A stretch of DNA of 64,000 nt from a virus, in the IMG/VR virus record IMGVR_UViG_3300026076_000002, one strand, 5' to 3'. Numbering within the stretch: the first letter of the stretch is position 1; each line of letters opens with the position of its first letter. This document shows positions 9,847-18,198 of this stretch, one piece after another. The notes beneath the pieces were generated by a model, which saw only the letters and a list, made by a program, of their open reading frames with translations, was not told the DNA's origin and did not search any database. Made by a program: the position numbers and the translations under genes.

Positions 9847-9867
9847 TACCATAACAGGTATTATAAT
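9812..9867 (+). promoter_or_regulatory. Palindromic early-promoter cassette, copy 2
   Basis: GACAGTT-gcta-AACCGACCAC, 29 nt, TATAAT, upstream of the cobS-like gene. Confidence 0.65.
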
Positions 9868-9892
9868 AAGTACATAACAAACAAAGAGGATT

Positions 9893-11023
9893 ATGCCACG
9901 CACTATTGACTTTACACCACACTTCGATTCTATCATCAATAAGTATGGAGTCGAATTGGATGCCGATATGATTAAAGAGTACGTTGCTTTGAATCCTGAT
10001 GTATCATACCAGACTGTCACCAAGTATCTTAATGATTTTAAGATCAAGCGTGGCAAGTGGGTAATAAACAAAAATCAAAAGGAACAGCAACCAGTAGTTC
10101 AAACTATTGCTCAACCAGTACCAACAAATACTGATAGGTCACTTAAGAAGACTACCATTGATGTAGAGAATCTTGTACCTGATAAGGATAAAACATTTGT
10201 TCCTTTTGGTGGATTTAGTGACCTAAAGAAAGTAATAGCATCAAGACAGTTCTATCCTACTTTCATTACTGGTATGAGTGGTAATGGTAAGACTTTTGGA
10301 GTAGAACAGGCATGTGCCCATTTAGGTAGAGAACTTATCAGAGTCAACATCACAGTTGAGACTGATGAGGACGATTTGATCGGTGGATTTAGACTGGTCA
10401 ATGGTGAGACCGTATGGCATAATGGACCAGTTATTGAAGCACTTGAAAGAGGATGTGTATTATTACTTGATGAGATTGATTTAGCATCAAATAAAATACT
10501 ATGCTTACAATCTATTCTTGAAGGCAAAGGAGTATTCCTTAAAAAGATAGGTGAGTATGTTAAACCTACTGCTGGATTCACAGTTGTTGCTACTGCCAAC
10601 ACTAAAGGTAAAGGTAGTGATGATGGAAGGTTTATTGGCACTAATGTATTGAATGAAGCGTTCCTTGAGCGATTCCCTATTACATTTGAGCAAGCATATC
10701 CTACTCCAAAAACTGAGAACAGGATACTTAGAGCATTATGTGAACAACTCAACATACCTATGATAGGTGAGCATGAGGACTTCATTGTACATCTATGCTC
10801 ATGGGCAGAGATAGTCAGGAAGACTTTTGCTGAAGGTGGAGTTGATGAGATTATCTCAACTAGGAGACTTACTCACATTATGAAAGCATACTCCATTTTT
10901 GGAGATAAAATGAAAGCAGTTGATCTATGCTTGAATAGATTTGATGATGAGACCAAAGAGTCTTTCAGACAACTCTATACTAAGTTAGACCCTACTGTTA
11001 CTATCACTCCAGAATCGGAGTGA
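9893..11023 (+). CDS. cobS: CobS-like MoxR-family AAA+ ATPase
   Basis: Walker A GMSGNGKT, ETDEDDLIGG, Walker B LLLDEID, TANTKG, LNEAFLERF and ISTRRL. Confidence 0.92.
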   Translation: MPRTIDFTPHFDSIINKYGVELDADMIKEYVALNPDVSYQTVTKYLNDFKIKRGKWVINKNQKEQQPVVQTIAQPVPTNTDRSLKKTTIDVENLVPDKDKTFVPFGGFSDLKKVIASRQFYPTFITGMSGNGKTFGVEQACAHLGRELIRVNITVETDEDDLIGGFRLVNGETVWHNGPVIEALERGCVLLLDEIDLASNKILCLQSILEGKGVFLKKIGEYVKPTAGFTVVATANTKGKGSDDGRFIGTNVLNEAFLERFPITFEQAYPTPKTENRILRALCEQLNIPMIGEHEDFIVHLCSWAEIVRKTFAEGGVDEIISTRRLTHIMKAYSIFGDKMKAVDLCLNRFDDETKESFRQLYTKLDPTVTITPESE

Positions 11024-11058
11024 TATACATATAATGTACTTCATTCTCCCAGTTTACC

Positions 11059-11187
11059 ATGAACCCTTACCTACTTGCATTTGAACCGACTGAGTGGTAC
11101 AATGAGGAGTATGAGAACTGGGATGAGGATGATTATAGAGATCAAACAGATCACTATGAGGCATTATCGGTCAAATTCTATTCATAA
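11059..11187 (+). CDS. Small very acidic protein (42 aa)
   Basis: Hand translation MNPYLLAFEPTEWYNEEYENWDEDDYRDQTDHYEALSVKFYS. Confidence 0.5.
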   Translation: MNPYLLAFEPTEWYNEEYENWDEDDYRDQTDHYEALSVKFYS

Positions 11188-11208
11188 GCAATGCTTATCA
11201 TTAGATAC

Positions 11209-11237
11209 TTGACAAGCACTTCAATCCATAGTATACT
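11209..11237 (+). promoter_or_regulatory. Sigma70-type promoter
   Basis: TTGACA-17 nt-TATACT. Confidence 0.85.
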
Positions 11238-11243
11238 TTGTAT

Positions 11244-11480
11244 ATGAATCGGGGTTGAGCAACTAGGAGAGCATCACTGCCGATCCCTGAGAACTGAGTT
11301 AGTACCTAACCTTGTAGTTAGGTGAAGCACCACTTGACCAGTTCAGACATCTCGGAGTGTAAACTGTCCGTCTTATGACGTTGCTTGTAAAACACTTTCC
11401 CTTCTTTGTTATGTCCACGTATGACTCAAAACTGCTAGGGTGTACCGCCTCAAACTATTACCTACATTAGTTAGAGGCAT
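11244..11480 (+). ncRNA. Candidate structured RNA / long structured 5' leader
   Basis: Follows a near-consensus promoter, has no sizeable ORF and is richer in GC than its flanks. Nested stems: ATCGG/CCGAT, CTGAG/CTCGG, AACTG/CAGTT, ACCTAAC/GTTAGGT, AGTGT/ACACT, CGTC/GACG, GCCTC.AACTA/TAGTT.GAGGC. Confidence 0.5.
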
Positions 11481-11501
11481 TATTCTATATCATGCTAAAT
11501 C

Positions 11502-11717
11502 ATGCAAATCTCTGGTTCATCCGCTATCACATCCGTATCATTTGGTGACAACAACAGCGTTGCTGTTAAGTACACTACTAACGATAAGGAGTATGGATTT
11601 ACAGCGAAAGATCAGAATGTGATTAAGGCAGGTCTTGAGACCACCATTTCAAAAGGTGAGTCTGTTGGTCGTCTTATTGCTGGTTACCGTAGAAACGGTC
11701 AACTACAAGCAGTTTGA
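11502..11717 (+). CDS. KTSC-domain-like small protein
   Basis: SSAITSVSF..VAVKY...EYGF.....SVGRLI matches the length and spacing of KTSC domains (SS.I..V.Y...L.V.F..G..Y.Y...S.G). Confidence 0.5.
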   Translation: MQISGSSAITSVSFGDNNSVAVKYTTNDKEYGFTAKDQNVIKAGLETTISKGESVGRLIAGYRRNGQLQAV

Positions 11718-11759
11718 TCTTTAAATACAACTGAATACTTTTATTAATTAATTTAATAT

Positions 11760-11790
11760 AACCCCTATTGAGTAGGGGTTTTATTGTTTT
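11760..11790 (+). terminator. Rho-independent terminator
   Basis: AACCCCTA-ttgag-TAGGGGTT followed by a T-rich run. Confidence 0.75.
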
Positions 11791-11810
11791 TACACTAAGG
11801 AGTTTTTAAA

Positions 11811-12404
11811 ATGTCATGTGACAATCATTTGGATTATAACACAGTCTGGGAGGCAATGAACTCTTTAGATGAGGAGATAAGAAACTTTCAACAAGCGATT
11901 GAAATGTCAAACGATTTGTTGACTGAGGCAAGGGAACATGGTAATGAGTCTATCATAAAGACTGCTGAATTACTACAACGATATGTTGACTGGCAATGGC
12001 ATAGGTTAGAGTCAGTTGGTGTTACAGCATGGAATGAGACAGTTGTTAAGTTGAAAGACTCAGAAGAACCACTTGTTATCAACACAGGACTAGGTACTGA
12101 GTCAGCAACATATAATGTTGATCCAACATCATTTATTACTGATGATGATTATACATTGAACATTCCTGAAGATATGACAGTCAGTTTAAATACTGATGCT
12201 GAGATTCCAGGAATTGACATAAGTGATCTAGGTTATGCTGGTCTCACTCCTGAGAGTATATCATTAGATACTGATGATATTATAACAACTGGTATTCATA
12301 CTGACTACTTAAATGATGCAGCGTATGGACTAGGTGAGGATAAACAACAAGCAGATGAGTTATGGGATGCAGTTGGGTTTAATCCTGATGAGGAGGTCAA
12401 ATGA
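11811..12404 (+). CDS. Hypothetical protein with acidic C-terminal half
   Basis: ORF with AAGGAG SD; D/E/T-rich tail. Confidence 0.7.
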   Translation: MSCDNHLDYNTVWEAMNSLDEEIRNFQQAIEMSNDLLTEAREHGNESIIKTAELLQRYVDWQWHRLESVGVTAWNETVVKLKDSEEPLVINTGLGTESATYNVDPTSFITDDDYTLNIPEDMTVSLNTDAEIPGIDISDLGYAGLTPESISLDTDDIITTGIHTDYLNDAAYGLGEDKQQADELWDAVGFNPDEEVK

Positions 12405-12613
12405 AACTTGAAATAGATGAAAACGATAGAGAACTATTGTTTGAATCATTATGTCATTATGATATGCACAATGAGTTAAACTCAAAAGAGAATGATTCAT
12501 TCCATTATCTCTATGGTGAACTTTCACCTTCATTCACACCTGATGAAATAAAACAGAATAAGGAAGTGGCAGCAAGGGTAAGGGCAACAGTTCCACCAGA
12601 GACATATACATAA
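12401..12613 (+). CDS. Hypothetical protein
   Basis: GAGGAGG SD and ATGA overlap with the upstream gene. Confidence 0.7.
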   Translation: MKLEIDENDRELLFESLCHYDMHNELNSKENDSFHYLYGELSPSFTPDEIKQNKEVAARVRATVPPETYT

Positions 12614-12656
12614 TTGTCACAAGCACCCTTAACAGGGTGCTTTTTTATGTTATAAT
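12601..12656 (+). promoter_or_regulatory. Early promoter fused with terminator hairpin (PeSL-like cassette), copy A
   Basis: GACATAT-acat-AATTGTCAC-AAGCACCCT-taac-AGGGTGCTTTTTT-atgt-TATAAT. Confidence 0.8.
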
Positions 12657-12662
12657 ACTATT

Positions 12663-13484
12663 ATGGAAAGACAAGATCGCTTCACTAATTTAATCAAGCA
12701 CTCATTTGGTGGACAACGTGAGGAGATATTGATGTGTCTTGAGAATGATGAAGGATACAAGTTTGATAGTGCTAAGTTTGGTGAGCGAGTAGCATTTATA
12801 ACTGAGGATACTAAAGGTGTTGCATCCAATGGTGGATGTGCATTTGATTGTAAGGATGGAACTGAAGCAAAAGCATTGTTTCTAGGTCAAACATATATGT
12901 GTCCTGTTTGTTCGTCTAAAAATAATTATTATTCGTCTAAATGTACTAGGTGTGGGTCTACTGAAAGAATTGATCCCAATGATACAAGATGGGGAATAGA
13001 CTGTGAAGCACACGTCAAATATTATGGTCAGATACCAAACTACATCTTCAGTCACATTCAACCATTAAATAGAGATCTTGATGAATTAAAATTTAGACTA
13101 AGAGTTTTTCGTGTATCTGCATCTGAACCGTATTTCACTTCGTGTTTAGAGTATCAACATAAGCATGGGTCTAAACCACATAAAAATTTCATGCCATTTG
13201 GCAGAGATTTCTATATGTCATCACCTAGTAGATTGATAGATTGTACTATTACTGTTTATCAATCAAATGTAAATGTTGAGTATGAATATTATAACCTAGA
13301 CAACAAATTAAAATGCTTAAATATTCCTATTTCAAAGTTTACCAAAAAAGAGTTAAAACAATTAACAGTCAAAAATGGAAAAGTTAGTGTTAATGAAGCA
13401 GTAAATGTCTTAGGAGTGAAGAAATCAACCCATGGTAAATTACGTGGACAACTTAACAGAAACAAAAACCATGTTCAACTTTGA
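12663..13484 (+). CDS. Putative restriction endonuclease (PD-(D/E)xK-like with Zn ribbon)
   Basis: AFDCKDGTEAK (D-x5-E-x-K) followed by CPVC...CTRC. Overlaps a DNA methyltransferase. Confidence 0.55.
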   Translation: MERQDRFTNLIKHSFGGQREEILMCLENDEGYKFDSAKFGERVAFITEDTKGVASNGGCAFDCKDGTEAKALFLGQTYMCPVCSSKNNYYSSKCTRCGSTERIDPNDTRWGIDCEAHVKYYGQIPNYIFSHIQPLNRDLDELKFRLRVFRVSASEPYFTSCLEYQHKHGSKPHKNFMPFGRDFYMSSPSRLIDCTITVYQSNVNVEYEYYNLDNKLKCLNIPISKFTKKELKQLTVKNGKVSVNEAVNVLGVKKSTHGKLRGQLNRNKNHVQL

Positions 13485-14424
13485 ATTAACATATAAGAAC
13501 CAAGATTGTCTTGAATTCTTATCAACAATAGAAGAAGGATCTATTGACTTAGTGTTAACTGATCCACCATATTACAGGGTAGTTAATGATAGTTGGGATA
13601 ATCAATGGTTTACATCTAACGAGTATTACAGTTGGTGTAAACAATGGATTGAAGAATTAAGCAGAATATGTAAATATAGTGCTTCATTTTGGTTGTTTGG
13701 TTATCCTCAACAACTAGCACATTTACTGCCAGTAATTATAAAGAATGGGTGGACATTTAGGCAACAGATAGTAATAGATAAGGGCATAAGATCTGTTGCT
13801 GGTAGAACATCTAAGAATCTTAAAATGTATCCAACTGCGACTGAATCTATCTACTATTTTCATTATGAAAGCAGAGATATTATCAGGAGTTATTTACAAT
13901 CAGAAAGACAAAGATTAGGTCTTAATGGTAAACAATGCAACGAAATACTAGGAAAAGCAACAACTGGAGGAGGCACTTTTGCATGTATCGCAAGCGAGAA
14001 GAAACCACTTGAACATAGAACTTATCCTACTAGAATTGACTGGACTAAGTTACAATCAGTAATGAACTTACCAGACTATGATGATCTAGTTTACAAGTTT
14101 AATTTACAATCAGGTCTAACAGATGTGTGGACTGATATAAACTTTTATCATAAAGATAAGAAGATACATAGTACACAAAAACCCTTAAGTTTGATGCAAA
14201 GAATAATAGAAACTTCGTCAAATAAGGGTGATAAAGTGTTAGATATGTTTGCTGGTAGTGGTTCAACTGCGGTTGCATGTAAAGGTCTTAATAGACATTT
14301 TACAGGTTGCGAAGTTGATAAAAAGTATTATAAAGACTCACTTGAAAGAATAAACAATTCGTGTGTAGGTTATTTAACTGGCACATCCGATAGTGATAAT
14401 CCATTACTGTCTGCTATAATATAA
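13471..14424 (+). CDS. Beta-class amino (N6A/N4C) DNA methyltransferase with HTH-like insertion
   Basis: DCLEFL, catalytic DPPY, HSTQKP, SAM-binding DMFAGSGST and GCEVD. Likely start is ATG 13471, inside ORF-track ORF 13432-14424. Confidence 0.92.
   Translation: MFNFELTYKNQDCLEFLSTIEEGSIDLVLTDPPYYRVVNDSWDNQWFTSNEYYSWCKQWIEELSRICKYSASFWLFGYPQQLAHLLPVIIKNGWTFRQQIVIDKGIRSVAGRTSKNLKMYPTATESIYYFHYESRDIIRSYLQSERQRLGLNGKQCNEILGKATTGGGTFACIASEKKPLEHRTYPTRIDWTKLQSVMNLPDYDDLVYKFNLQSGLTDVWTDINFYHKDKKIHSTQKPLSLMQRIIETSSNKGDKVLDMFAGSGSTAVACKGLNRHFTGCEVDKKYYKDSLERINNSCVGYLTGTSDSDNPLLSAII
14365..14420 (+). promoter_or_regulatory. Palindromic early-promoter cassette within the MTase 3' end
   Basis: GTAGGTT-attt-AACTGGCAC, 30 nt, TG-c-TATAAT. 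Confidence 0.7.
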
Positions 14425-14444
14425 ACATACAACGGGTTAAAACC

Positions 14445-14615
14445 ATGGACATGCCTAGTATTATGCTAGAAACTGAACATCACATGATGGAAATTGAGTC
14501 ACAGTTGTATGTAACAATCAAACGATATTGTCAAGAAAAGAATATTACTCTTGACTATTTTATGTTTGAATTTATGAACTTTGACCCTGAATCAGGTGAT
14601 GGAAATGTTATTTAA
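14445..14615 (+). CDS. Small hypothetical protein (56 aa, ...ITLDYFMFEF...)
   Basis: Hand translation; first ORF after the promoter. Confidence 0.6.
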   Translation: MDMPSIMLETEHHMMEIESQLYVTIKRYCQEKNITLDYFMFEFMNFDPESGDGNVI

Positions 14616-14759
14616 CAAGCATGAATGTGATTTAATTGTTTACTGTCTTGAGCAACAATCTATTGATTTCAATGAGATTGAAGAGCAAGATATGACATCA
14701 ATTCTTCACAAATTACGTCAACAATCCCAACCAATTACTAACAACAACCGAGGTTAATT

Positions 14760-14972
14760 ATGTCCAACGGATTATTAAACAGTTACACATTTGAAGCAAA
14801 GAAAATTGTATATTATTCTGTAACTGTTGGTGCTAATACTAAAACTGAAGCACGAAAAATTGCATCTAATTTTGAACATTGCCAACATTATGAGGAGGTT
14901 GAGTATATTGAAGGTGATGATTATAAGGTAGGTAAAATGTTAGAAACAACTGATGAAAAGTGGTTAACATGA
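14760..14972 (+). CDS. Small hypothetical early protein
   Basis: GAGG SD; V.ANTKTEARKIA motif common in small phage proteins. Confidence 0.65.
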   Translation: MSNGLLNSYTFEAKKIVYYSVTVGANTKTEARKIASNFEHCQHYEEVEYIEGDDYKVGKMLETTDEKWLT

Positions 14973-15108
14973 GACAATTTACTGTAAGTGCCATTGTTGA
15001 AGGTTATAGAATTGATGAACAATTTACTGCTGTAAGTATTCATCATGCTATCAAATTAATGAAGGCAAAGTATTCATCTGCACGAAATGTATTCGTAAGA
15101 AACTAACA

Positions 15109-15366
15109 ATGAAACAACTAACTTCCCCACAATGGGATGAACTAATCGACCAGTATGTTCAACTACAAATTGATAGTATGGATCACAAAGATATGTACCA
15201 ATTTGTATACAATCAACTCGTACATGAGTTAGGTGAGATAGAATCAAGACAAGAATTATGTGATGATATTAAATACTCATTTGATGAAGATACATTGAAT
15301 GAGTTAATAGATAACGTCACTAATCCTACTGTATTAGATGTTAACCAGACTGGAGGTAAGTATTAA
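15109..15366 (+). CDS. Acidic helical early protein (paralogue of 19869-20132)
   Basis: LQIDSMD...DEDTLNELIDNV aligns with LQIDNMD...SEETYLEMVDNI. Confidence 0.75.
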   Translation: MKQLTSPQWDELIDQYVQLQIDSMDHKDMYQFVYNQLVHELGEIESRQELCDDIKYSFDEDTLNELIDNVTNPTVLDVNQTGGKY

Positions 15367-15632
15367 TGAGTAGACCAATTATCACCAATATCTACAAACG
15401 TAGAACTGCATTTAGTGATGAATTGTTATCAATCATTGCCGACTATCCTGACCAACAAATTGTTATCATTGATGAGTTATTATCTAAATTAAATCATATT
15501 CAATTAGATGAATTAGAGGATCTAATTGTTAACAACTATGATAGCGAAGAAGATGATAATATTACAAATGATGTTGTGACAGATGATAAACTGTCTACTT
15601 TTCATTGCAAAAGAGACTTAGATAGTTTATAG
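15366..15632 (+). CDS. Acidic early protein (paralogue of 17350-17520 and 18812-19114)
   Basis: GGAGG SD, TAATG coupling and a shared 43-aa helical core. Confidence 0.7.
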   Translation: MSRPIITNIYKRRTAFSDELLSIIADYPDQQIVIIDELLSKLNHIQLDELEDLIVNNYDSEEDDNITNDVVTDDKLSTFHCKRDLDSL

Positions 15633-15633
15633 T
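15578..15633 (+). promoter_or_regulatory. Palindromic early-promoter cassette
   Basis: GACAGAT-gata-AACTGTCTAC, 29 nt, TATAGT. Confidence 0.65.
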
Positions 15634-15662
15634 ATAAGAGTCAAACAAATACTATCATTTTT

Positions 15663-15995
15663 ATGCCTGTTAGTTCTACTTCCACAGTATCAACAACTGC
15701 CAAAAAGAGAACAAGGAAAGTAACAACAACTCCAAAGAAGTCTGTTACTAAAGTAAAAAGAACTCCTCGCAAGTCTACTTCAAAAGTAACAACTAAGAAG
15801 TTAAAAAGACCAGCGAAAACAGTATTGACTTTAAATCATTATGTTCGTGACTATCAATCAAGAGTCAAGATTCATAACTATGAAGTACAACAATTCATGG
15901 AAGATTTAAAGGTTGGTTATACATTAGCAAGCAAATTGTCCTCACAGTTTGTTAATTATGCCAAGGAGTCATACAAAACACACTTCAACGTGTAA
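15663..15995 (+). CDS. Basic Lys/Thr-rich early protein
   Basis: N-terminal KKRTRKVTTTPKKSVTKVKRTPRK low-complexity basic tract; has its own promoter and terminator. Confidence 0.75.
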   Translation: MPVSSTSTVSTTAKKRTRKVTTTPKKSVTKVKRTPRKSTSKVTTKKLKRPAKTVLTLNHYVRDYQSRVKIHNYEVQQFMEDLKVGYTLASKLSSQFVNYAKESYKTHFNV

Positions 15996-16049
15996 CACTT
16001 CTCAAACTGTCACAAGCACCCTACACAGGGTGCTTTTTTAGTGTATAAT
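15994..16049 (+). promoter_or_regulatory. Early promoter fused with terminator hairpin (PeSL-like cassette), copy B
   Basis: AACACTT-ctca-AACTGTCAC-AAGCACCCT-acac-AGGGTGCTTTTTT-agtg-TATAAT; near-identical to 12615-12657. Confidence 0.8.
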
Positions 16050-16077
16050 AATAGTATAAACAAATTAAGGTTACTAA

Positions 16078-16341
16078 ATGAAACTTTATTCCAAGAATCT
16101 TGATACAGTTATTGACTATTACCCTGTAAAGAATGTAGCAACTGGGTTAATACTTGATGACTACATTTTAAAGGTAACAAGTGATAACGAGTTTACAACA
16201 ATGAAGCAGAATTATATTACTAAAGGTGAAATGTTGCATGAGATTAATATAAGATTAAGCATGTCTAATTTAGGTTACAAAGTAATAGGTAACAACGAGA
16301 ATTTACCTCAGTTAGGTAATCCATTTAGAGACCTAGGTTAA
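16078..16341 (+). CDS. Early hypothetical protein (IDYYP family, paralogue of 19119-19376)
   Basis: Shared IDYYP...DY...Y.V...N.LPQ motifs. Confidence 0.75.
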   Translation: MKLYSKNLDTVIDYYPVKNVATGLILDDYILKVTSDNEFTTMKQNYITKGEMLHEINIRLSMSNLGYKVIGNNENLPQLGNPFRDLG

Positions 16342-16578
16342 TGGTATTATTATTATTTTGGTCTTACAATCTATTCGCACTAAGTGTATTCATTTATTTA
16401 AAAGTTACGGAGGTTAAGTAACAATGTCAACCCTACATCATGCGTCAATTCTTGAAAGTTTAGCAGAGACAATCTATGATGAGATTGTATTAGTTAACTT
16501 TAGTGAATTGTCCCCTAGTGAAGAAGATTTAGTGTATGAAATTGCATGTACTAAAGCACAACAATCATTTGAGGATTT

Positions 16579-16785
16579 ATGCCAGTAATTAACAACAAAG
16601 AAGTGCAATTAGCATGGGGTAATTGTTATCCTGATGATGAAATATCATTAGATTATAATGATTATGAAGTGCTAATTGACCTCGTGTTTGATGTTATCAA
16701 ACAAGACTACATTAATGATGAAAAATGTAGATTAAACAGCAAATTACTAGGTAAACTATTAATTTTAGCGAACAAAGATGACTAA
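16579..16785 (+). CDS. Small hypothetical early protein
   Basis: GAGGA SD; part of the packed array. Confidence 0.6.
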   Translation: MPVINNKEVQLAWGNCYPDDEISLDYNDYEVLIDLVFDVIKQDYINDEKCRLNSKLLGKLLILANKDD

Positions 16786-16916
16786 ACAAACTATTATCCA
16801 ACTCGCAGATTGTGTCAACTATGTTATACGAAATGATGACAAGTTAACCGCTTGCGATATACTTAACCTAATCAAGATTAGGTCTGATTTATTGTTAACT
16901 TATGAGGACAAATTAA

Positions 16917-17120
16917 ATGCTTAATAGTGATAAGTTTGGCATGACATTCTGGTTTGATGATGACAATTACCTCATGTATTGTCCTACACAAACTAACAAC
17001 TTCCCAGACTTTAATTGTGCTGGTTATGTACATGAATGGGATGATTTTAGCAATGTTAATTTCAAAGATCTCTTTGATATTATCAGTAAGTTAGTATTAC
17101 TTAAGGAGATGGATTTATGA
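16917..17120 (+). CDS. Small hypothetical early protein
   Basis: GAGGA SD; part of the packed array. Confidence 0.65.
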   Translation: MLNSDKFGMTFWFDDDNYLMYCPTQTNNFPDFNCAGYVHEWDDFSNVNFKDLFDIISKLVLLKEMDL

Positions 17121-17347
17121 ACTATTATTCACCTAAAGACATAGGAATTGGTGACAAAGTATTATATAAGGGCAGCGAATATGATGTCCTTATTAATTAC
17201 ATAAAGGGAGAAACTGATGCAAAAGGTTATACTCCTAAAATGAATCGTACTGTCTTAATTGATAGTTTAGATCAAAAGATTACCTGTCTTGATTATAAAG
17301 AACTTCAGGTAATTGAACAAATAACTTATCATGGGAGACTAATTTAA
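17117..17347 (+). CDS. Small hypothetical early protein (SH3-like, IGDKVLYKG)
   Basis: AAGGAG SD and ATGA overlap. Confidence 0.65.
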   Translation: MNYYSPKDIGIGDKVLYKGSEYDVLINYIKGETDAKGYTPKMNRTVLIDSLDQKITCLDYKELQVIEQITYHGRLI

Positions 17348-17349
17348 CA

Positions 17350-17520
17350 ATGGTAATGAACAACAACCTAGCACAATTCTTGTCAGAATGTTGTAAATCA
17401 AATGAACAACTTACTGACCTTATATGTACAAATTATGTTGAACGCTTAAATGATAGCGAACAGAACGATTTAACAACAGTTCTTTATACAAACTACAACC
17501 ATTTTAAGGAGACTATTTAA
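17350..17520 (+). CDS. Small early protein (56 aa), paralogue of 15366 and 18812
   Basis: Hand translation LAQFLSECCKSNEQLTDLICTNYVERLNDSEQNDLTTVLYTNY; GGGAG SD. Confidence 0.6.
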   Translation: MVMNNNLAQFLSECCKSNEQLTDLICTNYVERLNDSEQNDLTTVLYTNYNHFKETI

Positions 17521-17603
17521 CATGTTTATTCTTCCAATTACCATTGCTTCATTGTTAGTAATAGCATACATATTGTATGTACTAATTGTCAACAATCCAC
17601 ACC

Positions 17604-17855
17604 ATGAGTAAGTATGATATACCAGACAAATATGACATTCATTTGGTACTCAAACCCAATGAAATTAGAGAACTAAAGCAAGTATTTAAGACTGCATTTA
17701 GAATACATGATGACATTGATTCTATGCCTAACTTGTTAGATAAGTGGCAAAAGTTGTTCACTAAAATAACACTTCAGCATGATAATTATGTCAAAGAAAA
17801 TTACAATGGAACTGGTAAGATTGTAAGCGAAGATCAAACATTAGGCAGTGGTTAA
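17604..17855 (+). CDS. Small hypothetical early protein
   Basis: ORF-track ORF 17586-17855; the ATG at 17604 is preferred. Confidence 0.6.
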   Translation: MSKYDIPDKYDIHLVLKPNEIRELKQVFKTAFRIHDDIDSMPNLLDKWQKLFTKITLQHDNYVKENYNGTGKIVSEDQTLGSG

Positions 17856-17888
17856 CTAACAACAACTCAACTCAATCCCCTAATCAAA

Positions 17889-18110
17889 ATGAGAACAATT
17901 AACAGACAATTACACTATGCAATGTGTAACTTACTAAAGGAATTAGCGACACTAAATCCTACATTGCATGAATATTGGACGTGTGAATTGTATAAATCAA
18001 ATGGTGATATTAATGAGGAAGAGTGGATAGAATTGAACTACAATGACCTCTATGAGGATGTAAACAATGCACAACGATTACAACAACAAAATGTCAACAA
18101 AGCAAACTAA
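17889..18110 (+). CDS. Small hypothetical early protein
   Basis: ORF track; same strand as the array. Confidence 0.6.
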   Translation: MRTINRQLHYAMCNLLKELATLNPTLHEYWTCELYKSNGDINEEEWIELNYNDLYEDVNNAQRLQQQNVNKAN

Positions 18111-18198
18111 ATCGTCATCTAAGAGTGATAAGAAAGAAGTGGTAATCGTGCCACAAAATATAATAAAATGGAGGACGCTAAAAAACTATTGATCGTGT

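Noticed and set aside
9893-11023. Cobalamin-synthesis auxiliary metabolic gene
   Set aside because: The cobS label reflects MoxR-family similarity. No cobN or other cob genes are present, and the partner carries a peptidase-like domain.
11244-11400. tRNA or tmRNA
   Set aside because: No TTC-containing T-loop with acceptor stem or CCA end could be built; kept only as an unclassified structured RNA.
11411-11470. 19-codon ORF MSTYDSKLLGCTASNYYLH, and ORF-track ORF 11440-11622
   Set aside because: No SD, overlaps a hairpin and (for the longer ORF) the KTSC-like gene in another frame. A leader-peptide role cannot be excluded but is unsupported.
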